The notes: generated from the sequence alone by a model not told the origin. A DNA stretch of 32,000 nt from Candidatus Helarchaeota ASGARD archaeon Hel_GB_B (GCA_005191425.1 SUPR01000034.1:1-32000), one strand, 5' to 3'; shown: positions 10,206-19,150, numbered from the stretch's first letter. Made by a program: numbers and translations.

Positions 10206-11036
10206 ATGATAATTTCAGTCGAGCTGCTTTTCGTAGGAAATGAATTATTGAACGGAAAAATTATAAATACAAATGCACAATTTTTATGTGAGAAAATCAC
10301 AAATATTGGAGCCCAAGTTAGACGCATTATAACCATACCAGATGATGTTGATATTATTTCAGATACTATAAAATACATTTTAAAAAGTAAACCTGGTTTC
10401 TTAATTATTTCAGGCGGTTTAGGACCTACCTTCGATGATATGACATTAAAAGGAGTAGTTAAAGCACTAGGAAAAGAATTTGAACTTAAATTAAATCAAG
10501 ACGCCTTAGATATGATAGAAAAGCAATACAAACTTGCGGAAAAATTGAATATTTTAAAAAATAAGGGATTAAATGAACATAAGATCAAAATGGCAACTAT
10601 TCCATCAAATAGTATTCCCCTGTATAATTCTGCTGGAATAGCTCCAGGAGTCCATATTAAATATTTTGATAATATAGAAATATTTTGTTTACCAGGCGTT
10701 CCGAAAGAAATGAAATCAATATTTAATAGCTCGATAAAATCAATAATTATGAATAAAGTATCTCAAACTGGTCTAAAATTTTCAAAAACAGGTTTTATTG
10801 TACAAGACTGTGTTGAATCTGAAATCGCGCCATTTGTAAACCAGATAATGAGTGAAATTTCAAATGTTTGGATAAAAACTCAACCGCGATTAAAAAATGG
10901 AAAGCCTTGGGTTGAAGTATTTATTACATGTCTTGATAAACAAGAAATTTCAAAAGATAAAGTTTCGGACGCTAAAAATAGACTAATTAAATTATTAGAA
11001 TCTAATGATAAATCTATTAAATTAATAGATGAATAA
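10206..11036 (+). CDS. CinA-like molybdopterin-binding-domain protein (COG1058 type)
   Basis: VGNELLNGKIINTNAQ, SGGLGPTFDDMT, GIAPG and LPGVPKEM motifs. Confidence 0.9.
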   Translation: MIISVELLFVGNELLNGKIINTNAQFLCEKITNIGAQVRRIITIPDDVDIISDTIKYILKSKPGFLIISGGLGPTFDDMTLKGVVKALGKEFELKLNQDALDMIEKQYKLAEKLNILKNKGLNEHKIKMATIPSNSIPLYNSAGIAPGVHIKYFDNIEIFCLPGVPKEMKSIFNSSIKSIIMNKVSQTGLKFSKTGFIVQDCVESEIAPFVNQIMSEISNVWIKTQPRLKNGKPWVEVFITCLDKQEISKDKVSDAKNRLIKLLESNDKSIKLIDE

Positions 11037-11049
11037 TTAATATTATTAA

Positions 11050-11829
11050 GTGAAAAATATGATTTTTCAATTTATTATAGGGACAGCGGGCTCGGGAAAA
11101 TCGACATTATGCAGTGCATTAAGTAATTACATGAATTCACAAGAAGAAATTGATGCAATAACAGTTAACCTTGACCCAGGTACTAAAAATTTGCCATATA
11201 GGCCAGATATTGACATTAGAGAATTTATAAATACTGAAGAGATAATGCTCCAATATAACCTTGGTCTGAACGGTGGAATAATTGCGAGTGTTGACATGAT
11301 AATTAATTATATTAATGATTTAAAAGATGAAATTGAAATATTAAAACCAGACCACGTTATTATTGATACACCAGGACAGATGGAATTATTTGCATATAGA
11401 AGTATAGGAAAATTTTTAATTTCCAATTTGATAGATAAAAATGGTGGAATTCTATACTTAGTTGACCCTAACCTGGCAAAAACACCATCAGGTTATTTAT
11501 CTACACTGCTATTAGGTCTTTCAGTTCAAATTAGATACCATGTCCCTCAAATTTATTTATTATCAAAAATAGATATTTTGTCAGAAAAAGAATTTGAAAA
11601 TATATTAAATTGGTCAAATAATGAAGACAAACTAAAAAATGCGATTGAATCAGAAAGTATAGGTGAAAAAAGGGAATTTAATATTGCAGTAAATAGTCTT
11701 CTCAATAAAATAAATTTATGTGGGTCTTTACTCCCAATTTCTTCGTTAAGACCTGAAACTATGTTAAATCTATATGCAGAAATTTCGAGAATTTTTTTAG
11801 GTGGTAAAGATTTTGATGAAGAGTTTTAA
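11050..11829 (+). CDS. GPN-loop GTPase (signature loop reads GLN); alternative ATG start at 11059
   Basis: GTAGSGKST, NLDPG, DIR, YNLGLNGG, DTPGQMELF and SKID motifs. Confidence 0.92.
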   Translation: MKNMIFQFIIGTAGSGKSTLCSALSNYMNSQEEIDAITVNLDPGTKNLPYRPDIDIREFINTEEIMLQYNLGLNGGIIASVDMIINYINDLKDEIEILKPDHVIIDTPGQMELFAYRSIGKFLISNLIDKNGGILYLVDPNLAKTPSGYLSTLLLGLSVQIRYHVPQIYLLSKIDILSEKEFENILNWSNNEDKLKNAIESESIGEKREFNIAVNSLLNKINLCGSLLPISSLRPETMLNLYAEISRIFLGGKDFDEEF

Positions 11830-11883
11830 AATAATAAAAAGTAATAGAAATAGAAAATAAAATTTAATTAAAATTTTAGTTTT

Positions 11884-14634
11884 TTATGATTTTGCTTGTC
11901 TCTTTAAGTCTTCAGCAGTAGCTTTAAAGCCTTCTGCGATATCTTTTTCGCCTAATTGCTGTGATATTTTTGATGCTTCCATATAGAATTGTGCAGCCCG
12001 TTCAAGATTACCATCAACTGTTGCTGCCTCTGCTTCAATAATGGCTTTTCTACGTTGTTCTTCAAGAGATGCTCGAGAAGTTTCCAATTCAGACTTTTTC
12101 CTGAATTCATTTGCTTTATTTTTGTAAGCGATAGACATTTCAGAATCGCCCATATCCGCGGCAATCTTACTTGCTATAGTGTAATATTGAGCTGCGTCTT
12201 CCCAACGTTCTTCAGTTATTGCGACTTCTGCAATTTCAATTGATTCCTTCAATTGTGATTCTAACTGCTCTATTTTTTCAGCTTGCCTAACACGTTCTAA
12301 TTCAGTTTTTCTTCTACGCCTTAATTCAGCTTCTCTTCGCTTGGCTTCTTTTGATTTTTCGTTTAATTCTCTTGCCATTTCTTTATCACCAATTTCAAGA
12401 GACAATTTTGAGGCGAGTTTATAGTGTCTGCTTGCATCTAATAGATTTCCTTGGTTTTCTGCTTCAGCTGCCATGTCTAGAACCTTTTTACGTTCTTTTT
12501 CTAATGATTCTCTTTGGGCGGCTAATTCTTTTCTGGTGCGTTCTTCTACTTCTTTTTTACGTTCTATTTTCCATTTTTTCTTTAGCTCGTCCGTTTTACC
12601 CTGCAAAGTATATGCTCGACTGGCATATTCAGCTGCTCTATCTTCATCGGACAATTCTACTGAAATCAATGCAGCTCTCTGCCACTTTTTAGAGGCATCA
12701 GAAAATCTTCCTTGTTTATACAGTTTTTCTGCTTCTTTTACAATATTCTGTCTTATAATGCGCTTTCTTTCTTTGGTCTTTTTCTTCTTTTTACCTTCGA
12801 AATGGATTCTTTTATAGGCATAAACTGGAGTGAAAAGAACTAATATAGTCGCAATTGTAAAATAGAGTATAAAAATCAAAAAAGGTTCAGTTAAACCCCC
12901 AAAAATTGTTAAAATTTGACCAATTGTAAACGATCCAAAAATTTGAGTATCTTGGACTCCAAGCATATTAATTAAATTAATAAAATAATCAATAACATCA
13001 GTTTTTAAATAATGACCGACTTTCCATGGGGCTAAAGTTATTAAGATTAAAGCAGTTATCCCTACTGCGCTCAATAACGGTATTAGAGCGCTGTATTCTA
13101 ATTTCTTTTCAATATCCTTTTGTAATGGAGGTAATAAATATACTGTTTCAGCTTTTTTAATATTTTTAGAGGGGCCACGAGTTCTAATTTTTCCAAACCA
13201 TTTAGCAAAAGTTGGATAGGTAAACTTCCCTGAGAAATATTTCATAAGATTTTCACTAGTCCCTTCGATTATTACATCAGTTTTTACAGATTCACCCCTA
13301 GTAATAGTTGCTTCACCTTCTCTAAAATTTACAGTTAAAGCACCAATATCCCAAATTTTAATTACTACAGTAAATTCGCTACCCCAACTGAAAACTTCAG
13401 AAGCAATTTGTGGTTCCATTAATCTTAAAGTTATTACAGCTCTTACAGCTCTTGCAACTCTGTCCAATAGTTCATCTCTCTTTTGTTTTTCTTTGGTACG
13501 GCACTCATCAGCTTTTAATTGAAATTCCTTAGCTTTGTCTTTTTCTCCTGCATCTTTTGATAATTCTGCTGCTTTAATAAATATTCTAGCCGCTGCTAAA
13601 TATTCTTCAGATTCAAGAAATTTATCGCCTTTATTAAGTAGATTTTCACGAATAACTCGAATAACTTTGCGTTTTTTCTCCATACGCCATTCGGCTCTTA
13701 ATTGAGGTTCTTTTTCTCTAATATCTCTGGCTTGAGCTGTAAATCCAGTTGCGACCTCTTTTTCTCCTAAATCTAGTGATAGTTTTGCTGCTGTTTCATA
13801 GGCTTCTGCCGCTGCTTTAAATTGACCTCTTTCGAGCATTTTCTCTGCTTTACCTAACATTTTAGCTCTTTGGTCTTCTAGTCTGATACGCTCTTTTTCA
13901 AGTTCTGCTCTTCTTCTTTCTTCCTCTTCTCTTTTTTCAATATCTTTGGCAATTTCACGCATCTCTTCTGCTCTGGCACTAAACATTGCAGTCCGCTCTG
14001 GTTGTGCCATATCTTCCGATATTTTTGCAGCCTCTTCATATAGATCACCTGCTTTTCTATATTGTTCTTTTGCAACAGCATCTTCCGCTTTTCTCAAGAC
14101 TTCTCTCCGCTTAACTTCCAACTCTTTTACTTTTTGTTGTAATTCAAATTTTCTTCTTAATTCAGCTTTTTTACTTGTTAAATCATTTACTTTGTTCCGA
14201 TATTCGCTAATCATGTCTTTGTCATTAATCTGTTTACTAAGTTCAATTACTTTATTATAATCTTTGATAGCATCATCAAACCGACCTTCGTTAACAGCTG
14301 CATCACCAGATTCTATTAACATTTCTCGTTCTTGTTCGATTTCGGCTTTACGTCTATCTAATTCCTTTTGCTTTTTGATTTCCATTTCTTTTTTAGAAAG
14401 TAATTTTACTTTTTCTTCAAAGATTTTTACTCTATCTTTTTCATTTAATTGTTCACTAAGATCTCTCGCAATAGAATAAAATTTAAGAGCTTCAGAAATA
14501 TTCCCTTTTGACTCAGATTCTTCTGCGGAAGCAATTACTTTTTTTCTCTGTTCTTCCAATTCTTTACGTTTTTGTTCTAATTCCCGTTTCTTTTCTTCTT
14601 CACTGAGTTCTTTTTTTTCTCCTTCGTCACTCAT
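11884..14634 (-). CDS. 916-aa membrane protein: 5 TPR/SNAP-like repeats, SCP2-like domain, 2 TM segments, 4 repeats
   Basis: Nine copies of the pattern A..A...G....A...Y..A..LS..LG.K..A..F..KA; aa ~390-500 match the SCP2 pattern; hydrophobic segments at aa ~515-537 and ~573-607. Confidence 0.75.
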   Translation of the reverse strand: MSDEGEKKELSEEEKKRELEQKRKELEEQRKKVIASAEESESKGNISEALKFYSIARDLSEQLNEKDRVKIFEEKVKLLSKKEMEIKKQKELDRRKAEIEQEREMLIESGDAAVNEGRFDDAIKDYNKVIELSKQINDKDMISEYRNKVNDLTSKKAELRRKFELQQKVKELEVKRREVLRKAEDAVAKEQYRKAGDLYEEAAKISEDMAQPERTAMFSARAEEMREIAKDIEKREEEERRRAELEKERIRLEDQRAKMLGKAEKMLERGQFKAAAEAYETAAKLSLDLGEKEVATGFTAQARDIREKEPQLRAEWRMEKKRKVIRVIRENLLNKGDKFLESEEYLAAARIFIKAAELSKDAGEKDKAKEFQLKADECRTKEKQKRDELLDRVARAVRAVITLRLMEPQIASEVFSWGSEFTVVIKIWDIGALTVNFREGEATITRGESVKTDVIIEGTSENLMKYFSGKFTYPTFAKWFGKIRTRGPSKNIKKAETVYLLPPLQKDIEKKLEYSALIPLLSAVGITALILITLAPWKVGHYLKTDVIDYFINLINMLGVQDTQIFGSFTIGQILTIFGGLTEPFLIFILYFTIATILVLFTPVYAYKRIHFEGKKKKKTKERKRIIRQNIVKEAEKLYKQGRFSDASKKWQRAALISVELSDEDRAAEYASRAYTLQGKTDELKKKWKIERKKEVEERTRKELAAQRESLEKERKKVLDMAAEAENQGNLLDASRHYKLASKLSLEIGDKEMARELNEKSKEAKRREAELRRRRKTELERVRQAEKIEQLESQLKESIEIAEVAITEERWEDAAQYYTIASKIAADMGDSEMSIAYKNKANEFRKKSELETSRASLEEQRRKAIIEAEAATVDGNLERAAQFYMEASKISQQLGEKDIAEGFKATAEDLKRQAKS

Positions 14635-15105
14635 TATAAATACCTTCGAATTAAAAATGATTAAAATTCAAATACGAATATACCTTTTTTAAAGTTTTAA
14701 TTTTCAAATATTTAATAATTTCCTTTCTTAATTTGAATTTTTTTTTATATTTCCCTCAATACAAATTTTAAAGGTTTTTTAATTATAATAAAAAGATAGT
14801 TATGGAAAATGTTCTTTTTTTAAAAATTTTAATTTATTTTTATAGGTCAATTATTTTTAAATAATAAAATTTTAATTTGATTAATTAACTGAGAGTTTTA
14901 AATAAAAATAATCTTTAATTTTAGAAATTGAGTTTTAATTCGCTATTAATTTATTTATAAATAAAAATTTATTTAAAAGTGAAAAACTTAATAAAAAATC
15001 ATTAAAAATATTTTTTCAGTTTAATTAATTAGAAGGTTTCGAGAAAAAAATAAAGAGAAAATTGATTAATTAATAAAATAACCGATTTAGGTAGGTAAGA
15101 TAATT

Positions 15106-15879
15106 ATGGATATGTTTTTAAAAGGAAAAGTTGCTTTTGTAACAGGTGGTGCTTCAGGAATTGGAAGACAAGCATGTTTAACATTTGCAAGTGAAGGAGC
15201 AAATGTGGTCGTTGCAGATAAACAATATGAAAAAGCTGAAGAAGTAGCCGAAGAATGCAAAAAATTAGGTGTAGATGCAATTGCACCACATTGTGATGTT
15301 ACTATCCTTGAAGAGTCATCTGCAGCTGTAAAGTCTGCGATTGATCATTTTGGAAAAATTGATATTTTAGTCTGTTGTGCAGGAATATTAAGAGATTCAA
15401 TGGCACATAAAATGACAGAACAACAATGGGATGAAGTATTGAATGTCCATTTAAAAGGACATTGGTGGTTATGCCATGAAGTTATTCCCCATATGAAACA
15501 AGAAAAATATGGTAGAATAGTCTTTATTTCATCAACAGCTTTTAAGGGAAATAGAGGACAAGCTAATTATTCTTCAGCAAAAGCAGCAATGGTCGGATTG
15601 GCGAAAACATTGGCTGAAGAATTGGGCTATTTAGGAATTACAGCTAATGTTGTTGCTCCAGGGCTAGTACATACACCTTTAACAGATGCTTTTATAAAAA
15701 GTGATAAGAGTAAACCAATGATAAATTCAATTTTATTAAAAAGAAGAGAAGATATAGGTCCACTTTTTGGTACTACACAAGATATTGCAAATGCAATTGT
15801 CTTCCTTTCATCAGATAGAGCATCATATATTACAGGACAAGTATTGGTAGTTGCCGGTGGCGCATATAAAATAGCATAA
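15106..15879 (+). CDS. Short-chain dehydrogenase/reductase, FabG/3-oxoacyl reductase-like
   Basis: TGGASGIG, AGILRD, catalytic YSSAK and NVVAPG motifs. Confidence 0.92.
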   Translation: MDMFLKGKVAFVTGGASGIGRQACLTFASEGANVVVADKQYEKAEEVAEECKKLGVDAIAPHCDVTILEESSAAVKSAIDHFGKIDILVCCAGILRDSMAHKMTEQQWDEVLNVHLKGHWWLCHEVIPHMKQEKYGRIVFISSTAFKGNRGQANYSSAKAAMVGLAKTLAEELGYLGITANVVAPGLVHTPLTDAFIKSDKSKPMINSILLKRREDIGPLFGTTQDIANAIVFLSSDRASYITGQVLVVAGGAYKIA

Positions 15880-15904
15880 TTAATAAAAACAATATCTGTT
15901 TCAC

Positions 15905-15913
15905 TTTTTTTTT
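15905..15913 (+). terminator. Oligo(T) tract, possible archaeal terminator of the SDR gene
   Basis: T9 run about 25 nt after the stop codon; weak evidence in an AT-rich genome. Confidence 0.3.
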
Positions 15914-16085
15914 ATTTAATAGTTTCTTTTTCATTTATATTATATTTTGGAAAAATTTTGTCTCTAATTATGACAATATAGTTATTTTGACTTTATTAGA
16001 TTATTTGAAGACTTGTTAGATATAAAAATTAAAAAAAAATAATAACTTTTTAAATTATAGATTATTATTTAATATTGAACAAAAT

Positions 16086-16658
16086 ATGGAAAAAATAAGC
16101 GAACCTTATACTAGATTAGTCAATTTTGATAACCATGAACTTTTTAGTAAAATCATTTTGGAACAAATTGTAAAAATAAAAAAATATTTACTGATAGGAA
16201 CTTACAATTTACAAGATATTCGCTTAAATTTGAATAATAAATTTATTTCTCTTTCAGATGTTTTAATTAACTTGGCAAATAAAGGTGTAATAATCTATTT
16301 TTTAATACAACCTCGAGCCTATAAAACAAAATTAATTACAAAATTACGAAATAATATAAAGAATGGTAATTTAAGAGTTAAATCTTGCTCTCGTATACAT
16401 CTTAAAACAATAATTATAGACTTAAAATTAGTATATCTTGGGTCAGCAAATTTGACTGGTTTTGGTCTGGGTACTCGTTCAGCTATGAAAAGAAATTTTG
16501 AAATTGGACTTGTAACTACTGAAGAGAGTTTGATAGCCCAAATTACTCGCAATTTTTTAAATATTTTTGATGGAAAATATTGTAATAAAAAAACATGTTA
16601 CTATTATAATAATTTTAAATCAAAAAGACCTTGTTATGGAATAAATCATCAAAATTGA
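16086..16658 (+). CDS. Single-HKD phospholipase D-family protein (PLD-like nuclease/phosphodiesterase)
   Basis: HLKTIIID (HxKxxxxD) followed by GSANLT and a RNFEIG segment; three Cys in the tail. Confidence 0.85.
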   Translation: MEKISEPYTRLVNFDNHELFSKIILEQIVKIKKYLLIGTYNLQDIRLNLNNKFISLSDVLINLANKGVIIYFLIQPRAYKTKLITKLRNNIKNGNLRVKSCSRIHLKTIIIDLKLVYLGSANLTGFGLGTRSAMKRNFEIGLVTTEESLIAQITRNFLNIFDGKYCNKKTCYYYNNFKSKRPCYGINHQN

Positions 16659-16741
16659 TTTTGAAAATGAATTTTAATTACGCTAAAGAAATAGATTAAA
16701 AATTTTAAAAATGGTTTAAAAAAATAAAGGATTTTAAAAAT

Positions 16742-17860
16742 CTATAATTTAAATGGCTTTATAATATTTTCTGCAATATATTTTATTGCGCTCTTTTTGT
16801 CCGGGCCAATGGGTGAACCTACAACTACCTGATTAACGCCAATTTTTTCTAGGCCTTTAATTCTTTCAATACAATAATCTGCATTTCCAGCTATAGTGAA
16901 TGCTTCAAACATTTCGGGAGTCACTGACTGAGCTACAGCACCAAAATCGCCTTTACCCAGTGCTTCATTAATTTTGTCAACATCTTCTTTTTTAATACCA
17001 TGACGGTCTAGAACAATGGGAGGACTTCCAACGGTTATAAAAGCCACTACAATAGCTGCTGCATTTTTTGCAGCATTAGAGTCTTGGTCTGCAGAGAAGC
17101 TTGCATAAGCAGTAATATCAATGTCATTTAAAGATCGTCCAGCGCTTTCAGCACCTTCTTTAATATTTTTAATTGCAGATTCGAAGTCTTTAGGGTGTGA
17201 TGCATTAATAAGGACGCCATCAGCTAATTGTCCAGCTAAAGCAAGCATCTTTGGTCCTTGTGCGCCCATATATATTGGAATTTTATTTATGATTGTGTCA
17301 GTGGTTATTGGTTTCCCGCAAACATCGCAGACCATTGGTTCACCTTTTCCTTTTGCTGCTTTTTTTGCTGCTTTTACTGCTTTATTTTTTAACATTGCAC
17401 CACAGTTGTGTTTTGGAGTTTGGAAGCCAAGTTTTGCACCTTTAAAAGTAAAAACTGAACCTTCAAAATCTAATTTTTTCCCTTGATGGAGAGTTTTTAT
17501 GGCTTGAACTGCTTCTTTAATCCGAGTTAATGGTTTTTCAAAAGAAAGACCAAGTTTCGCAAAAGTTGCTTTATCTCCTGCTCCAATACCTAAGATTGCG
17601 CGTCCCTTTGAAATTTCATTTATTGTCTGTATTGCTGCTGCAGTCCATGCAGGAGATATTAGAACAGCATTAGTGACTCCAGTCCCCATTTTTATTATTT
17701 TAGTATTTAATGCAATAGCCGTTAACGTAGCGTATACATTCCTATTATTATAATGATCCGTAATCCAGACATTTTCAAACCCATTTTCTTCAGCTAATTG
17801 TGTAAGTGCCACAATTTTTGAAATGTTAGAATCAGGAACAAATTCAATTCCAAATTTCAT
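16742..17860 (-). CDS. mer: F420-dependent methylene-H4MPT reductase (Mer family) with an internal His/Cys insertion
   Basis: MKFGIEFVP, WITDHYNNRNVY, GVTN, GIGAGD, IPIYMGAQGP, LINASHPKD and VVGSPIGP; ATG at 17860, alternative GTG at 17872. Confidence 0.88.
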   Translation of the reverse strand: MKFGIEFVPDSNISKIVALTQLAEENGFENVWITDHYNNRNVYATLTAIALNTKIIKMGTGVTNAVLISPAWTAAAIQTINEISKGRAILGIGAGDKATFAKLGLSFEKPLTRIKEAVQAIKTLHQGKKLDFEGSVFTFKGAKLGFQTPKHNCGAMLKNKAVKAAKKAAKGKGEPMVCDVCGKPITTDTIINKIPIYMGAQGPKMLALAGQLADGVLINASHPKDFESAIKNIKEGAESAGRSLNDIDITAYASFSADQDSNAAKNAAAIVVAFITVGSPPIVLDRHGIKKEDVDKINEALGKGDFGAVAQSVTPEMFEAFTIAGNADYCIERIKGLEKIGVNQVVVGSPIGPDKKSAIKYIAENIIKPFKL

Positions 17861-18309
17861 TTTTTTTTTCACTTTTTTAATTTAATTGAAGATTTCTAAT
17901 AAATAACATAAGATTTTATTATTATAAATTTTCCCCTTTTATGATAAATTTACTTAAAATCAAGGTTATTTTAGTTAATTTCTGAAGAATTTCCAATAAA
18001 TGTTAGTTCCATAACTTATAATAATAATTATTTACCTAAAAATTAGTAAATTTATAATTTAAATTAATAATAAATTAAAGATAGTCAATAAAAATTAAAA
18101 TATTTATTTTATGCGTCAATATAAACGGAAATAAATAATCTTGACTTGTAAAATGGAATGATATCACCCATTAATTAAAATATATCCATGTTATATAACA
18201 GTACGAAATATAAAATTGTTTTGAAAAAATTTTACTAAATTTAATTAGAAACAATACTTTTTTATTAAAATCATTAATTTATATACATAATTTAAACTAA
18301 TTTAGTAAA

Positions 18310-18763
18310 TTGATTATCTACGGAAAATTTAGACAATTTAAAAAAAAGATTATAGAATTGTTAAAGAAAGATGCACGGGCGTCTTTTTCGAAAATTTACT
18401 AATGACCTAAATGTTTCGGAGTCGAACATTAGAAAACGAGTGAATAAATTAGTTAAAAATGGAATTATCAAGAATTTTACAATTGTATTAAATCCAGAAG
18501 CTATGGAAAGGTCTATAATGTCATTTTTAACAATTATTCCAAAACAATCAAATAAATTAGTTAAAGAAATTGCAAACAGAATTATAGATTTTCCGGAAGT
18601 TTCTGAAGCATATTATATGAGTGGTAAATACGGGCTTTTAGTCAAGGTTTCAGTACAAAACTTGTCAAAACTCGATGAATTTATTGAGCGAATTCGGAAT
18701 ATACAAGGTATAAACGAGATTGAATCATGTATTGTATTAAAAGAACTTAAAGATGAATATTAA
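18310..18763 (+). pseudogene. Lrp/AsnC-family regulator with a frameshifted 5' end (pseudogene or sequence error)
   Basis: HTH helix 1 (KKKIIELLKKDARASFSKI) is in a frame that stops at TAA 18400-18402. The rest (TNDLNVSESNIRKRV...AYYMSGKYG...) is in the +1 frame. Confidence 0.75.
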
Positions 18764-18826
18764 TTTTGAAACAGCTATTTCTACAAGAAGAAAAAAAATA
18801 GATACGAAGAATTTAATTACTGAGTT

Positions 18827-18988
18827 TTATTCGTTAGCTTTTATTCTGTTCCATAGTTCAGATTTTAGTAAGTCTCTAACGGCTACTCTAATTAGTTCTG
18901 ATCGGTTTGGATAGACTCTTTTTTTTACCAATTCTTCAATTCCTTCTAAATATGAAACAGGTAAATGTAATGTAATTAATTGCATCAT
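18827..18988 (-). CDS. Ribbon-helix-helix (CopG/Arc/MetJ) regulator, CdrS-like, 53 aa; absent from the ORF track
   Basis: Hand translation: MMQLITLHLPVSYLEGIEELVKKRVYPNRSELIRVAVRDLLKSELWNRIKANE*; YPNRSELIR is the typical motif; GTGA RBS at 18997-19000. Confidence 0.9.
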   Translation of the reverse strand: MMQLITLHLPVSYLEGIEELVKKRVYPNRSELIRVAVRDLLKSELWNRIKANE

Positions 18989-19082
18989 TTTCAAGATCAC
19001 TTATTAATTGTTTTTTATTCGGTTTAATTATTATTTTTGATTATGTTATAATTGAGTTCGCTAAGTGTTATTAGTGTATATA

Positions 19083-19134
19083 TTACGGGGATAATACATC
19101 TCTACGTATTCTTCTAGTAGTATTCTCTCCGTAA
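19083..19134. promoter_or_regulatory. Imperfect 15-bp inverted repeat, candidate operator upstream of the RHH gene
   Basis: TTACGGGGATAATAC (19083-19097) and GTATTCTCTCCGTAA (19120-19134) are 13/15 complementary with a 22-nt spacer. Confidence 0.6.
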
Positions 19135-19142
19135 GAATGGGG

Positions 19143-19150
19143 TTTATAAA
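19143..19150 (-). promoter_or_regulatory. Candidate TATA box (TTTATAAA) for the RHH gene
   Basis: Canonical archaeal TATA with an A-rich BRE-like stretch on its upstream side on the minus strand. Confidence 0.45.

Noticed and set aside
10187-10378. 63-aa minus-strand ORF
   Set aside because: Antisense to the CinA-like gene; no motif.
11952-14479. Seven short ORFs overlapping the 916-aa gene
   Set aside because: Off-frame or antisense by-products of K/E/R/A-rich codons (Ser/Phe/Leu-rich translations).
17282-17422. Mer insertion as an intein
   Set aside because: Too short and lacks the N-terminal Cys/Ser block and the C-terminal His-Asn followed by Cys/Ser/Thr.
18371-18397. ORF-track start MHGRLFRKF for the Lrp gene
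   Set aside because: Out of frame with the true HTH helix 1; explained by the frameshift.
19083-19134. Hairpin as SECIS element, tRNA fragment or CRISPR repeat
   Set aside because: No SECIS core motif or in-frame TGA selenoprotein nearby, no cloverleaf, and only a single copy.
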